A stretch of DNA of 63,915 nucleotides, the filler included, from Thermoplasmatota archaeon (lineage in GTDB: Archaea > Thermoplasmatota > E2 > JACPAO01 > JAHFTW01), in the NCBI GenBank assembly GCA_041623215.1. It is 15 parts of 15 records of this genome, joined end to end, with 100 filler letters (N's around TTAATTAATTAA, not from the genome) between each part and the next. Parts side by side here need not be neighbours in the genome. Positions count along the whole stretch, not along the records: positions 18,336 to 22,732 come from JBFJXH010000151.1; positions 22,833 to 27,174 come from JBFJXH010000152.1; positions 27,275 to 31,550 come from JBFJXH010000153.1; 12 more parts are not named here. One strand, given 5' to 3'. Positions 18,336-27,769 of this stretch are shown one piece after another. Numbering within the stretch: position 1 is the stretch's first letter; each line of letters begins with the position of its first letter. The notes beneath the pieces were generated by a model, which was not told the origin of the DNA, did not search any database, and saw nothing but the letters and a program-made list of their open reading frames with translations. A program made the translations under genes and the position numbers.

Positions 18336-20541
18336 CCAATTCTCCTGTCGCGGTGTCGCGCAGTCCGTCCAGGACCGCCAGGGATGGTTTCCAGTTGTCG
18401 AGTTCGGCGTATTGGTGCCAGAAGAGGAATGTGTTCCATAGGGTTGAGAAAAATTTCCCGTACGTGTCGCGGACGGCGGCGTCGAAGAAGCGCTTGTCTT
18501 GCCAGGGCGCGGTCGCGGAGAGCAAGTACCACCGCGTCGCGTCGGCGCCATGATGGGCGAACACTTCGTCAGGGCTCGTGTAATTCTTCTTGCTCTTCGA
18601 CATTTTTTGGCCATCTTCGGCCAGAATGAGCCCATTGACGACGCAGTTGCGGTACGGTGGGCCCTGGAATGCTTGGTCGTTTTGGCTGCCAAGCGCGGTT
18701 GCAATGGCAAGAAGCGAGTAGAACCAGCCACGGGTTTGGTCGAGGCCTTCGGCGATGAAGTCAATGGGCCATTGCTCTTCCAGTTCCTTTTCGGCGGGTC
18801 GATGCCATTGCGCAAATTGGGCGGCGCCCGAGTCGAACCATACGTCGATGACGTACGGTTCGCGCACGGATTTGCCACCGCATTTGGGGCACGTGATGGC
18901 AGTGTCCACGTGGGGCCGGTGCAATTCCGGCACATCGATGCCGTGTTGCTTCAGGTCATCGTGGCCACCCATGCATACTTGGTGGCCGCACGCGTCGTCT
19001 TGGCAGACCCACACGGGTAACGGGGTTCCCCAGTAACGCGAGCGCGAGAAGGCCCAGTCCTTTACGTTTCGAAGCCAGTCTCCCATCCGACCTTCCCGGA
19101 TAGTTTCTGGGACCCAGTTAATCTCGTCATTGTTTGCCAGCAGTTGGTCCCGCAGCGTACTCATGCGAATGTACCATGAGTCCATGGCGTAGTAGAGAAG
19201 CGGCGTGTCTGTGCGCCAGCAATGAGGATAGCTGTGCTCGTATTCTTCGGTGCGATACAGACAGTCGCGGTCACGAAGCCAAGCAAAAATTGCCGCCTCC
19301 GTCGCGTCATCTTTGACGTACAAGCCGGCTACGCCGGGCACGTTGGCCACGAATTTGCCATCGAGACCCACGGTGTGTTGGGCGGGCAGCCCGATGGCCA
19401 TGCCAAGCTGGTAGTCGTCTTCACCGTACATGACCGCCGTGTGGACGACGCCAGTGCCGTCCTCGGTCGTCACGAAGTCTGCGGCGACCACTTCCCATGC
19501 CACCTTGCTTGCTTCGCCGTGCGCCCCGTTGGCGGGGTCGACGGCACCGGGAAACAGCGGTTGGTAGGCTCGTCCCACCATGTCTTGGCCCTTGAATTCG
19601 GCCACCACATCGGCATGGTCCCGGAGCGTATTCTTGAAGAGCGCCTTGGCAAGAACCAGTTCCTCACCAACGCTGGCCCCCGTATTACCCGAAGCATCGG
19701 TGACGCGGACCTTGACGTAGTCGATGTCAGCACCCACGGCGAGCGCCACGTTGCCAGGCAGTGTCCAGGGCGTAGTGGTCCAACTCAGAATCTTGGCTCC
19801 GTTCAAGCCGTGCGGGTCCTCGGCTTGGTCCTTGAAGTGGAACTTGACAAAGACGGACGTGTCAATGACATCGCGGTACCCTTGCGCCACCTCGTGGCTG
19901 GAATAGGTGGTGCCAGTGACGGGACTGTAAGGGACAACCTTGTGCGCCTTGACCAGCAGGCCGGCGTCGAAGAGTTGCTTGAGACTCCACCACACTTGTT
20001 CGATGTAGCCATCGTCCATGGTGACGTACGCGTGTTCGAAGTCCACCCACATGCCGACCCGCTCGGTCATCTCCTCCCAGACGCCCTTGTAGCGAAACAC
20101 CGACTCCTTGCACTTGGCCAGGAAGGGCTCGACGCCGTATTCTTCGATTTCCGACACATGCTCGATGCCCAGCTCCTTTTGGACTTCAATTTCGACGGGC
20201 AGGCCGTGGCAATCCCAGCCCGCCTTGCGAGGCACCCAGCGGCCGTGCATGGCATGGAACCGATTCACCGAGTCCTTGAGCGTCCGCGTCAGGACATGGC
20301 CTGGATGCGGCAAGCCGTTGGCAGTCGGTGGGCCCTCGAGGAAGATGAAGCGGTGAGCCGGGTCGCGGCCCGATTCGTCGAATACGCGTCGGCCAGCATC
20401 CAATTGTTGCTTGAACACCTGCTGCGTGCGCCAGCGCTCCAGCACCGCCTTCTCCATGTCATCGGGGTGGTACTGTTTGGGCGGCGCTGAAGCCGTCGTT
20501 TCAGATGCAGTGGCGGCGGTGGCCCGGGGGCTGTCGCTCAT
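18336..20541 (-). CDS. ileS: Isoleucine--tRNA ligase, 3'-truncated
   Basis: EGPPTANGLPHPGH, GWDCHGLPVE, WTTTPWTLP, DWAFSRSRYWG and KMSKS. Confidence 0.97.
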
Positions 20542-20616
20542 TGGGGCGCCGACAGGAGGGCCATTGAAAAGGGGGCCGCCAGCCACCGAACGGACGGCGA
20601 ACCGGCCCGTGCGCGT

Positions 20617-20988
20617 CTAGGCGACGGTGACTGTTCCCGTCATGCCCAGACTCTTGTGCGGCTGGCAAAAGTAGCCAAAGCTGCCGGCCGCCTCAAAAGT
20701 CCACACGAACAATTCGCCGGTCTCCGATGTGGCCGCGCCGCTGTTGAAGCTTTGATCGTCAGCGACCACATTGTGGACCCCGCCGTCGTTCATCCATACA
20801 ACGGTGGCACCCACAGGCACCTTGGCCTTGGCGGGGCTAAACGTGGTTTGCGCCGTAGCTCGGATGACGTAGCGACCCTGGTCATCCATCGGCGGCGTGA
20901 CAGCTTCATCGGTGGGAGGCTCAACGGTTGGGCCATTGCAGCCGGCGATGAGCAAGGCGACTGCCATGAGCGCGAATGCGACTTTCAT
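20617..20988 (-). CDS. Halocyanin/plastocyanin-like blue copper lipoprotein
   Basis: Lipobox IAGC; type-1 copper ligands HNV...YFCQPHKSLGM. Confidence 0.92.
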   Translation of the reverse strand: MKVAFALMAVALLIAGCNGPTVEPPTDEAVTPPMDDQGRYVIRATAQTTFSPAKAKVPVGATVVWMNDGGVHNVVADDQSFNSGAATSETGELFVWTFEAAGSFGYFCQPHKSLGMTGTVTVA

Positions 20989-21080
20989 GGCAGGTGCCCA
21001 GTCGGGCCGACTCATGGCGGTTTCGGTGCCATGAAGTGGCAGGCAGCCATCGCCGGACCCAGCGCGTCCTTGGAGCCTCC

Positions 21081-21932
21081 ATGAACCAGACCCCCACGAC
21101 CCTACCCATTCACGACAACCATTTCCATTGCCGACCTGACGGCTGGAAGGGCATGGACGCCGTCAGGGAATTCATGGCCGCAGGCGGCACCAGCATCCTG
21201 CACGTTCGTCTGCCTTCCTACCCGGACACCGTGGAAGCCTTCGAGCAAACCTGCCGCGATCACATCGCCTTCGGGCGCCAAATCGCGGCCGAGACCGGCT
21301 GCCGTGTATGGAGCGCCATTGGCCCCTATCCCCTCGAGCCGATGAAGATTGCCGAAGCAGGCGGGCGCGAGGCCGGCGTGGATTTTGGCAAGGCTTGCAT
21401 GGATGTGGCGGCTCGGCTCGTGGCGGAGGGCGAAGCACATTGCCTGGGCGAAATTGGCCGCGCCCATTTCGATGTCCCAGCGGAGGTGCAAGCGGATAAC
21501 AACGAGCTTCTTGCCTACGGCATGCAACAAGCTGCCCGCGTTGGTTGCCCTGTGGTCCTGCACACCGAGCACACAACTCCCGATACCATGGCCGAATTCG
21601 CCGCCATGGCCGACGCGGCGGGCCTGGCAAGGGACGCAGTCATCAAGCACTACTGCGGCCCGCTGGTGACCGCCGACGAGCACCACGGACTTGTGCCGTC
21701 CGTGATTGCCGGCCGGAGTAACATCCGCAAAGCCCTTGGCAAGGACCCAACGGGCCAGTTCCTGTTGGAGACCGACTACATTGACGAGCCCAGCCGACCC
21801 AATGTGGTGATGCCATGCGACACGGTGCCAAAGCGCCTCATGGGCCTCTTACAGAATGGTGAATTGACCGAAGCCGCCATCCACACGATGTGCGACACCT
21901 TGCCGCGCCGCTTGTACGGCACACCATACTAG
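21081..21932 (+). CDS. TatD-family metal-dependent hydrolase (archaeal type)
   Basis: DNHFH, GEIGRAHF, LHTE, KHY and LETDYIDEPSRP. Confidence 0.88.
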   Translation: MNQTPTTLPIHDNHFHCRPDGWKGMDAVREFMAAGGTSILHVRLPSYPDTVEAFEQTCRDHIAFGRQIAAETGCRVWSAIGPYPLEPMKIAEAGGREAGVDFGKACMDVAARLVAEGEAHCLGEIGRAHFDVPAEVQADNNELLAYGMQQAARVGCPVVLHTEHTTPDTMAEFAAMADAAGLARDAVIKHYCGPLVTADEHHGLVPSVIAGRSNIRKALGKDPTGQFLLETDYIDEPSRPNVVMPCDTVPKRLMGLLQNGELTEAAIHTMCDTLPRRLYGTPY

Positions 21933-21941
21933 GGTGCGCCG

Positions 21942-22508
21942 TCATTTGGGGTGCATGCGACGGCCATGGTGGGCATGCGCCTGCTTGTGGGCACGGTTCG
22001 TGTCGCGGTGGTCGCGCGGCGCCATGTCTTCATCGGGAACCCCTAGCGCCGCATGGCTAACCGGTCGCGCCTGAATCCAGCCGCTGGTGCCCTCGAACGA
22101 CGGCCGCGCCTGAGCAATCACCCGAAACACCTGGTCCTTCGGCCGCAGAATCTTCAGTGCATGACTCAAATCCACATTCATCACGTGGATCCGGAGGCTA
22201 TCAAAGGGAGCTAAGCCCCGCGGCAATTGTGGCAACATACCAAGCACATCGAGCGACTCCCGGCGGCCGCTGGGGCTCTCCAGCCAAACGTCAATGACGT
22301 TGGCGCCAGCAGTGCCAATATTACGGACATTAACAATCAGACAGTTTCGGCATGCGCCATCCCGGTGCTCGCGGGTCGCGTAACGGGCGTGCGCTTCAAG
22401 GCGTGGCCGGGGCCTGGGAAAAATGTAGTACAGCAGCACCACGACTCCGACGAGGACGCCGACAGCCACGAGAAACGCGGCGTCGAAGCTGGCGTCGAAG
22501 TCTGCCAT
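21942..22508 (-). CDS. Hypothetical single-pass membrane protein
   Basis: N-terminal TM helix and soluble domain; TATA-like CTTTAA about 27 nt upstream of the ATG. Confidence 0.65.
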   Translation of the reverse strand: MADFDASFDAAFLVAVGVLVGVVVLLYYIFPRPRPRLEAHARYATREHRDGACRNCLIVNVRNIGTAGANVIDVWLESPSGRRESLDVLGMLPQLPRGLAPFDSLRIHVMNVDLSHALKILRPKDQVFRVIAQARPSFEGTSGWIQARPVSHAALGVPDEDMAPRDHRDTNRAHKQAHAHHGRRMHPK

Positions 22509-22549
22509 GCTGCGGCAGCGCCTCCGCGAGTTAAAGCGAAGCTGGCTGG

Positions 22550-22690
22550 GAACGCAAACCGTTCAATCGCTTAAGGCGGGCACGCAAGCGTACCCACCAT
22601 GACAACGGACACTGCCCCGCGAACGGAAACCGTTCGATCGCTTAAGGCGGGCACGCAAGCGTACCCACCATGACAACGGACCTGCCCCGA
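22550..22690. repeat. 71-bp tandem duplication (2 copies) overlapping the tRNA-Arg 3' end
   Basis: 22550-22620 and 22621-22690 are near-identical (gaacgSaaaccgttcRatcgcttaaggcgggcacgcaagcgtacccaccatgacaacggac(a)ctgccccg). Confidence 0.95.
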
Positions 22691-22732
22691 TTCGAACAGG
22701 GGTCCTCGGCTCCGAAGGCCGAAAGGATATCC
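22677..22732 (-). tRNA. tRNA-Arg(TCG), 5' part cut by contig end
   Basis: Minus strand: anticodon arm TCGGC-CTTCGGA-GCCGA, T-arm CCCTG-TTCGAAT-CGGGG, acceptor 3' strand CAGGTCC-G; no encoded CCA. Confidence 0.88.
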
Positions 22733-22832
22733 NNNNNNNNNNNNNNNNNNNNNNNNNNNNNNNNNNNNNNNNNNNNTTAATTAATTAANNNNNNNNNNNN
22801 NNNNNNNNNNNNNNNNNNNNNNNNNNNNNNNN

Positions 22833-23239
22833 ATGGGCACGGGAATGTTGACGCGTTCGCCGGAAGCAGCGGCCTCTTTGACGGCGGCTGCAACCGCTGC
22901 GCCTTGGTCACTGACAAAGTGCACGTCGCCGTCGGGTCGGCGCAGGAAGTCGCCCTGCACGTCCTTGAAGACAAAGCCAATTCGCGCGCCCGAGGTTGCC
23001 TTCTCGGCCTCCGTGGCATGCATACAATGGAGCCCGGCGGCCAGGTCAGCCCCGATGGCAAGGGCCCCGAAGTACATGGAGCCCCAGTGGTTCTTGGTGC
23101 GGCGCCGCAGCGGCACGACAATTTCGGCTCGCTCGTCATCAACCGCAACTAGGCGGGGGCGCACATGGTGGATGAGGGGGACATTCTTCAAGGCCCAAAG
23201 GCGGACCTTCCAGGTCTCCTTGCGCATCGTGGTGGCCAC
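22833..23239 (-). CDS. Hotdog-fold thioesterase (PaaI/YiiD/DUF4442-like), 3'-truncated
   Basis: PLRRRTKNHWGSMYFGALAIGADLAAG and FVFKDVQGDFLRR. Confidence 0.8.
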
Positions 23240-23322
23240 AAGGCACCGAGGCCCCTCTGGCTCTTGGTCGCTTCGACGCATGCTTCGCAACAGCCAAGAC
23301 CCCCGCCGCGCCTGGAAGTGCC

Positions 23323-23934
23323 GTGCCTGGCCTTTCGTGGTTTTCCACGTTGTGGAGCGTAATCGACGACTTTCTTCGCAGCGTCAACGACGGACTTCGA
23401 CGCGCGGTGCGATGGCTTCGCATCCTGCGGGCCTTTCTCATCGTGGGCGTCCTCCTGGTCATCGGGGCCGTGGTGGGTGCCTTCGTGCAGCCGGCGTGGA
23501 TGCCCTTGTGGTTCGCCATCGCCGTGACCTTCCTGGTCATCCCCTTCCTCATCATGACCGCCCTCGTCGCGGCCCCCTTGCGAGCCAAATCGGTGGTTCG
23601 CCTCATTGACAAGGGCTACCCCGCCAATGCCCGCGAAATGGGAATTCGCATCGTGGCCCAGAAGCTGCACGACGAATCCATTCGCACAGAGGAACTACTG
23701 GTCGATACTGCCGTCAACGAGGCACGTAAGGCGGTGCAAAAATACCGCGAAGTGGCGGACAAGCTGCTGGATGAGGACGACGAGGGGTCCGACGTAAGTG
23801 CCCCGTCCACCTCGATGCCGGAGCCGAAGAGGGACCCGGCGGCCCGCTGCGCCGGCACAACCAAGGAAGGGCGGCCATGTCGACGCCGCGCCGCCACCGG
23901 CAGCGCCTTTTGCCCCGCCCACGGAGCCAACTAG
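23323..23934 (+). CDS. Two-TM membrane protein with C-terminal CCCH-type finger
   Basis: Two TM helices, an acidic linker and terminal CAGTTKEGRPCRRRAATGSAFCPAHG. Confidence 0.7.
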   Translation: MPGLSWFSTLWSVIDDFLRSVNDGLRRAVRWLRILRAFLIVGVLLVIGAVVGAFVQPAWMPLWFAIAVTFLVIPFLIMTALVAAPLRAKSVVRLIDKGYPANAREMGIRIVAQKLHDESIRTEELLVDTAVNEARKAVQKYREVADKLLDEDDEGSDVSAPSTSMPEPKRDPAARCAGTTKEGRPCRRRAATGSAFCPAHGAN

Positions 23935-24045
23935 CGCGGCTTTCGGCGGAGCTATCCCTCGCGGCCTTGGCTGACCCGCCCGACGGGCGCAGTTGCCCCG
24001 AGCGCCTTGGAAACGGCCAAGAACCCTGGGCCAAGTCTCCGCTTG

Positions 24046-26661
24046 ATGGCGCATGGGCCGAGGCTTGGCCAGATTCTGGGAGACTTGTCCCTCTACTGTG
24101 CAGGCAGGCCAGCTCGGGTCGTTACCATCATTGCCGTTGGCACGCTCCTGGCAGGTGCCGGCATGGTCCAACTGGAAACCGACGCAGACCTGCTGAAGAT
24201 CCTGCCCAAAAATCATCCCGCCACGCTAGCCGCGCAAAACGCGTCGACCGAATTTCGGGGCTTCTACGACCTTGTGACATTTTTCTATGCTATTGATGCA
24301 GAGAAATGTGCACGCGTCACCGCGAGTCAGTTACCCTACCACGGCGGACAGGGAGACCCGCAAGCGCCAGATTGTGGCAACGTAACACATGAAGCGTATG
24401 TCCGGGGGATGGACGAAGTGTGGCACTTCATCCGAGGAGAAATTCCCCAGGCCGAATACGCCATTGATTTTGCCAATCTCATCAAGGTCGTCAATTGGAC
24501 GAATGACGGCTACGTTGGAGACAGTCCGGAGGAAAGCCTGTTGGCACCGCTTGTGCGAGGTGAAACCGACCGGGTGGGGCGGCCACCGGACGATGAAGCC
24601 TTCCGGATGCCGGGAACGGACCCGATGGGCGCTCTGCAGTACTATGCCGCCTACCGAGGCGCATTGGCGGCAGATGAGGCGGCCACGGATACCGTGGCAC
24701 GGACATTTGAAGCAGGCCGAACAATTATTTTCTTCAACACCACGGATGGCATTAGCCGGGTGGAGCTCGGCCGCGCCGTGTACGCCACCGTGGATGCCTA
24801 TGCCGCGGCGGTTGCTGCCTGCGACGATGGTGATTCGACCACGCCCTGCACCTTAACGTGGAATGTCTTCGACACCGGCGGCTTGGCGGTTCGAGGCGTC
24901 GCGGCAACCGACGCCCACGCCAGCGACACCACGAAGCGCGACATTTCGGTCCTGGCCCCCCTCATCATTTGGGCCATTGTCGCCATTCTGTACTTGGCGT
25001 TCCGCGACCCGCGCGTGATTCTGGTTTCCGCGCTCAACTTGTTTACGGCATTCGTGTGGACCGCCGGCATGATGGGGTGGCTTGAAATTCCGTTCTCGGC
25101 CCTGAACATGACCATCGTCCCACTCATCTTGGGAGTGGGCATCGACTATGGCATTCACATGGTCAGCGAGTTCTTGGAGCATAAGGCCGACCGGCGTAGC
25201 AATGCCGAGGCATTCCAAGAAGCGGGACACCGGGCAGGGTTTGCCATGTTTATCGCTACCGTCACGACGGTCGCGGGCCTGCTCATCATGGTTGCCAGTC
25301 CGAGCATTCTGATGGCACAGCTTGGCATCGTCAGCAGCATTGCCTTGGTCGTGACTTTCGTCTTCACCTTGACGCTCATCCCGGCAGTCCTTAGCCTAAC
25401 CGCCAAGGAGGCCAGCCGCCGAGAGCACCGGGGTAGTCCGTGGGTGGCCACCGTAGCGGGTGCAGTGGGCCGCCGACGGCCCATCGCCATCGTGGCGGCC
25501 ATCGTGCTCACGGGCATGGCATTCGCTTCGATGCAAAACCTGGAAGCTGAAGGCTTTGGCAACCCGGAACTCAACTATCCGCCCGGCGACCGGGTGCGCG
25601 ACGACGCGGAATGGTTGAGCCGCGAGTTCTTCGGCGCAGACGCCAAAACACAGTCCAATTACCTCATCGTGGAGGGGGACTTGACCCAGCCCGAGACGCA
25701 CGTTTTCCTTGACGCCCTGACGGCCAACTTGGAAGCCGACCCAGATATCCAAGGCTTCAACACGGCTAGCCTGACCCGGGTGGTGCGCGGGTGGATGGCG
25801 GTCAATCAGGGCACGCCAGACGCCATCGCCAGCCAGTTCGTCCTGAGTAACGTGCCCGCGAAGGAAGTCCACGATGCAGAGTATCCGAAGTCGCCGGAGG
25901 AAATGCGGCGGATGTTCGATGACATTTTCGCGAGCCCGCTTGCCAACTTCATGACAATCCTGTTGGCGCCGGACACCTATGACATTGGCATGGTTTCCTT
26001 CGATACCGACCAAGACACCAACTTTGCAGAGTCCGAACGCATCTGGGAGGCAACGCTTCGCGTCATTGAGAAGACGCGCCAGGAGACCGGCATTACGGAG
26101 GACCAATTGCAGGTCAACCTGTTTGGCAACAATGCCTTCAGCTACCTGTTCATCACGGAGGAAATGCCGTGGGTTAACACGGTCGGCATCGTCAGCTTCA
26201 CGCTCGTTGTCATCATGGTTGGCCTAGCAACGCGAAACCTGCGCGCCACATCCGCCATCGCAAGCGTGATGCTGGTGACGAGCATTTGGTGGTTGGGCGT
26301 GCTACCCCTGATGGACATTGGCTTGTCCGTCGGGCTCATGCTACCCATGGTCTTCATCATGGCTATTGGCAGCGATGATGCAATCCACCTGATCTGGAAC
26401 ATGGAGCAGACGCGTGACCGGCGGAAGGTGTATCGGTTCGTGGGCCAAGCGGTGCTTTTGACCAGCCTCACGACCTTTATTGCCTTCAGCATTTTTAGTC
26501 GGCAAACGGACCTCTTGGTCACGCGGACCCTGCTTGCCACGGCGGTCGCCGTATTGCAAATGTGGCTGGCAACCATGCTTGTAGTCCCCGTGTTTTATCC
26601 ACCGGGTGCCGCACTTGACGCCGGAGCAGCCACGCCAGAGGGCACGGCGACGACGTCATGA
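24046..26661 (+). CDS. MMPL/RND family transporter
   Basis: Two repeats of 1 TM + large loop + 5 TM; GVGIDYGIH and AIGSDDAIH motifs. Confidence 0.9.
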   Translation: MAHGPRLGQILGDLSLYCAGRPARVVTIIAVGTLLAGAGMVQLETDADLLKILPKNHPATLAAQNASTEFRGFYDLVTFFYAIDAEKCARVTASQLPYHGGQGDPQAPDCGNVTHEAYVRGMDEVWHFIRGEIPQAEYAIDFANLIKVVNWTNDGYVGDSPEESLLAPLVRGETDRVGRPPDDEAFRMPGTDPMGALQYYAAYRGALAADEAATDTVARTFEAGRTIIFFNTTDGISRVELGRAVYATVDAYAAAVAACDDGDSTTPCTLTWNVFDTGGLAVRGVAATDAHASDTTKRDISVLAPLIIWAIVAILYLAFRDPRVILVSALNLFTAFVWTAGMMGWLEIPFSALNMTIVPLILGVGIDYGIHMVSEFLEHKADRRSNAEAFQEAGHRAGFAMFIATVTTVAGLLIMVASPSILMAQLGIVSSIALVVTFVFTLTLIPAVLSLTAKEASRREHRGSPWVATVAGAVGRRRPIAIVAAIVLTGMAFASMQNLEAEGFGNPELNYPPGDRVRDDAEWLSREFFGADAKTQSNYLIVEGDLTQPETHVFLDALTANLEADPDIQGFNTASLTRVVRGWMAVNQGTPDAIASQFVLSNVPAKEVHDAEYPKSPEEMRRMFDDIFASPLANFMTILLAPDTYDIGMVSFDTDQDTNFAESERIWEATLRVIEKTRQETGITEDQLQVNLFGNNAFSYLFITEEMPWVNTVGIVSFTLVVIMVGLATRNLRATSAIASVMLVTSIWWLGVLPLMDIGLSVGLMLPMVFIMAIGSDDAIHLIWNMEQTRDRRKVYRFVGQAVLLTSLTTFIAFSIFSRQTDLLVTRTLLATAVAVLQMWLATMLVVPVFYPPGAALDAGAATPEGTATTS

Positions 26662-27174
26662 ACTTCGATCCGGCCACGTTGCTCCTGTTCATGGCCGCGG
26701 GCCTAGGTGCCGGATTTGTCAGCGGCCTCATGGGCGTCGGCGGAGGCATCATTCTCACCCCCATGCTGCATTATGTGTGGGGCACAAGTTGGGCCGACGC
26801 GGTTGCCCTCAGTCTGTTGGTTATTGCCCTACAGGCGCCGGTTGGCATTTGGCGCCACCACCGCAAGGGCGCCGTTGATCTTCGTCTCGCATGGCCCCTC
26901 GTTGCCGGAGGGGCAGTAGGGGTTGCAGCCGCCACCCTTGCTTTCCCATTTATCCGGCCGTCACTGCTGAAACTCCTGTTTGCCATCGTACTCGGCCTCG
27001 CAGCCTGGAACCTGGTTCGGCCGGTGCCCGCGTCAGCACGACAAACCGACTCGGAGGACCAAACCAATCTCAAGGGCCAGCCCGCGACACCACCAGGCCG
27101 CCTTCCGCGCCGAACCCTGACCGGCCTCACCGCAGGGCTCGCCGCCGGCATGGTGAGTCGCTTCGCCGGCGTCG
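26658..27174 (+). CDS. TauE/SafE (TSUP) family permease, 3'-truncated
   Basis: AGFVSGLMGVGGGIILTP motif; ATGA overlap with the MMPL gene. Confidence 0.88.
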
Positions 27175-27274
27175 NNNNNNNNNNNNNNNNNNNNNNNNNN
27201 NNNNNNNNNNNNNNNNNNTTAATTAATTAANNNNNNNNNNNNNNNNNNNNNNNNNNNNNNNNNNNNNNNNNNNN

Positions 27275-27323
27275 CAGCGGGCTTTTAACCCGCCTACCAC
27301 GGGTTCGAATCCCGTAGGGCCCA
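27275..27323 (+). tRNA. tRNA-Lys(TTT), 5' part cut by contig start
   Basis: Anticodon arm GCGGG-CTTTTAA-CCCGC, T-arm ACGGG-TTCGAAT-CCCGT, 3' acceptor strand AGGGCCC-A. Confidence 0.88.
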
Positions 27324-27363
27324 CTTTCCATTCCACGGTTTCGGGGTCGTTTCACGGCCGCGA

Positions 27364-27378
27364 CAAACCGTTAAAGAC
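27364..27378 (+). promoter_or_regulatory. Candidate BRE/TATA promoter of the rpo operon
   Basis: CAAACCGTTAAAGAC upstream of rpoH; a second candidate CTTATA lies at about 27419. Confidence 0.45.
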
Positions 27379-27504
27379 TCCGACCGCTTTGAGCAGGTCA
27401 CCGTTCCAGGGTCATACTCTTATACCGGACCTGTCTCGCGCGGACTTGCACCGGTTGAGACGCGGCTAGGCCGCGCCTTCCAGTGTCAACTACATGGTGA
27501 TGCC

Positions 27505-27759
27505 GTGACCGACGAGGACCTTCGCTTCAATGTCATGAACCACCGGCTTGTGCCCCTGCACGAGCTGGTCCCCGAGGATGAAGTTCCAAGCATCCTCGAA
27601 CGGTACCGCATCGGCATCGATCAGTTGCCGAAAATTCGCTCCGACGACGCCGCATGCCGCGTCATCGGCGCCAAGTCGGGCAGCGTTGTCCGCATCACCC
27701 GCGACAGCCCCACCGCCGGCCACTCTGTCGCCTACCGCCTCGTGGTAGAGGCCATCTAG
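27505..27759 (+). CDS. rpoH: DNA-directed RNA polymerase subunit H (Rpo5)
   Basis: HRLVPLHE, QLPKI, RDSPTAG and YRLVV. Confidence 0.96.
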   Translation: MTDEDLRFNVMNHRLVPLHELVPEDEVPSILERYRIGIDQLPKIRSDDAACRVIGAKSGSVVRITRDSPTAGHSVAYRLVVEAI

Positions 27760-27769
27760 GAGTCCCACC

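Noticed and set aside
20290..20340. IleRS HIGH motif reading HPGH
   Set aside because: The second position of the HIGH motif varies among class I synthetases; all other motifs are normal.
22550..22690. Possible CRISPR array
   Set aside because: Two directly abutting 71-bp units with no unique spacers and no cas genes; it is a tandem duplication.
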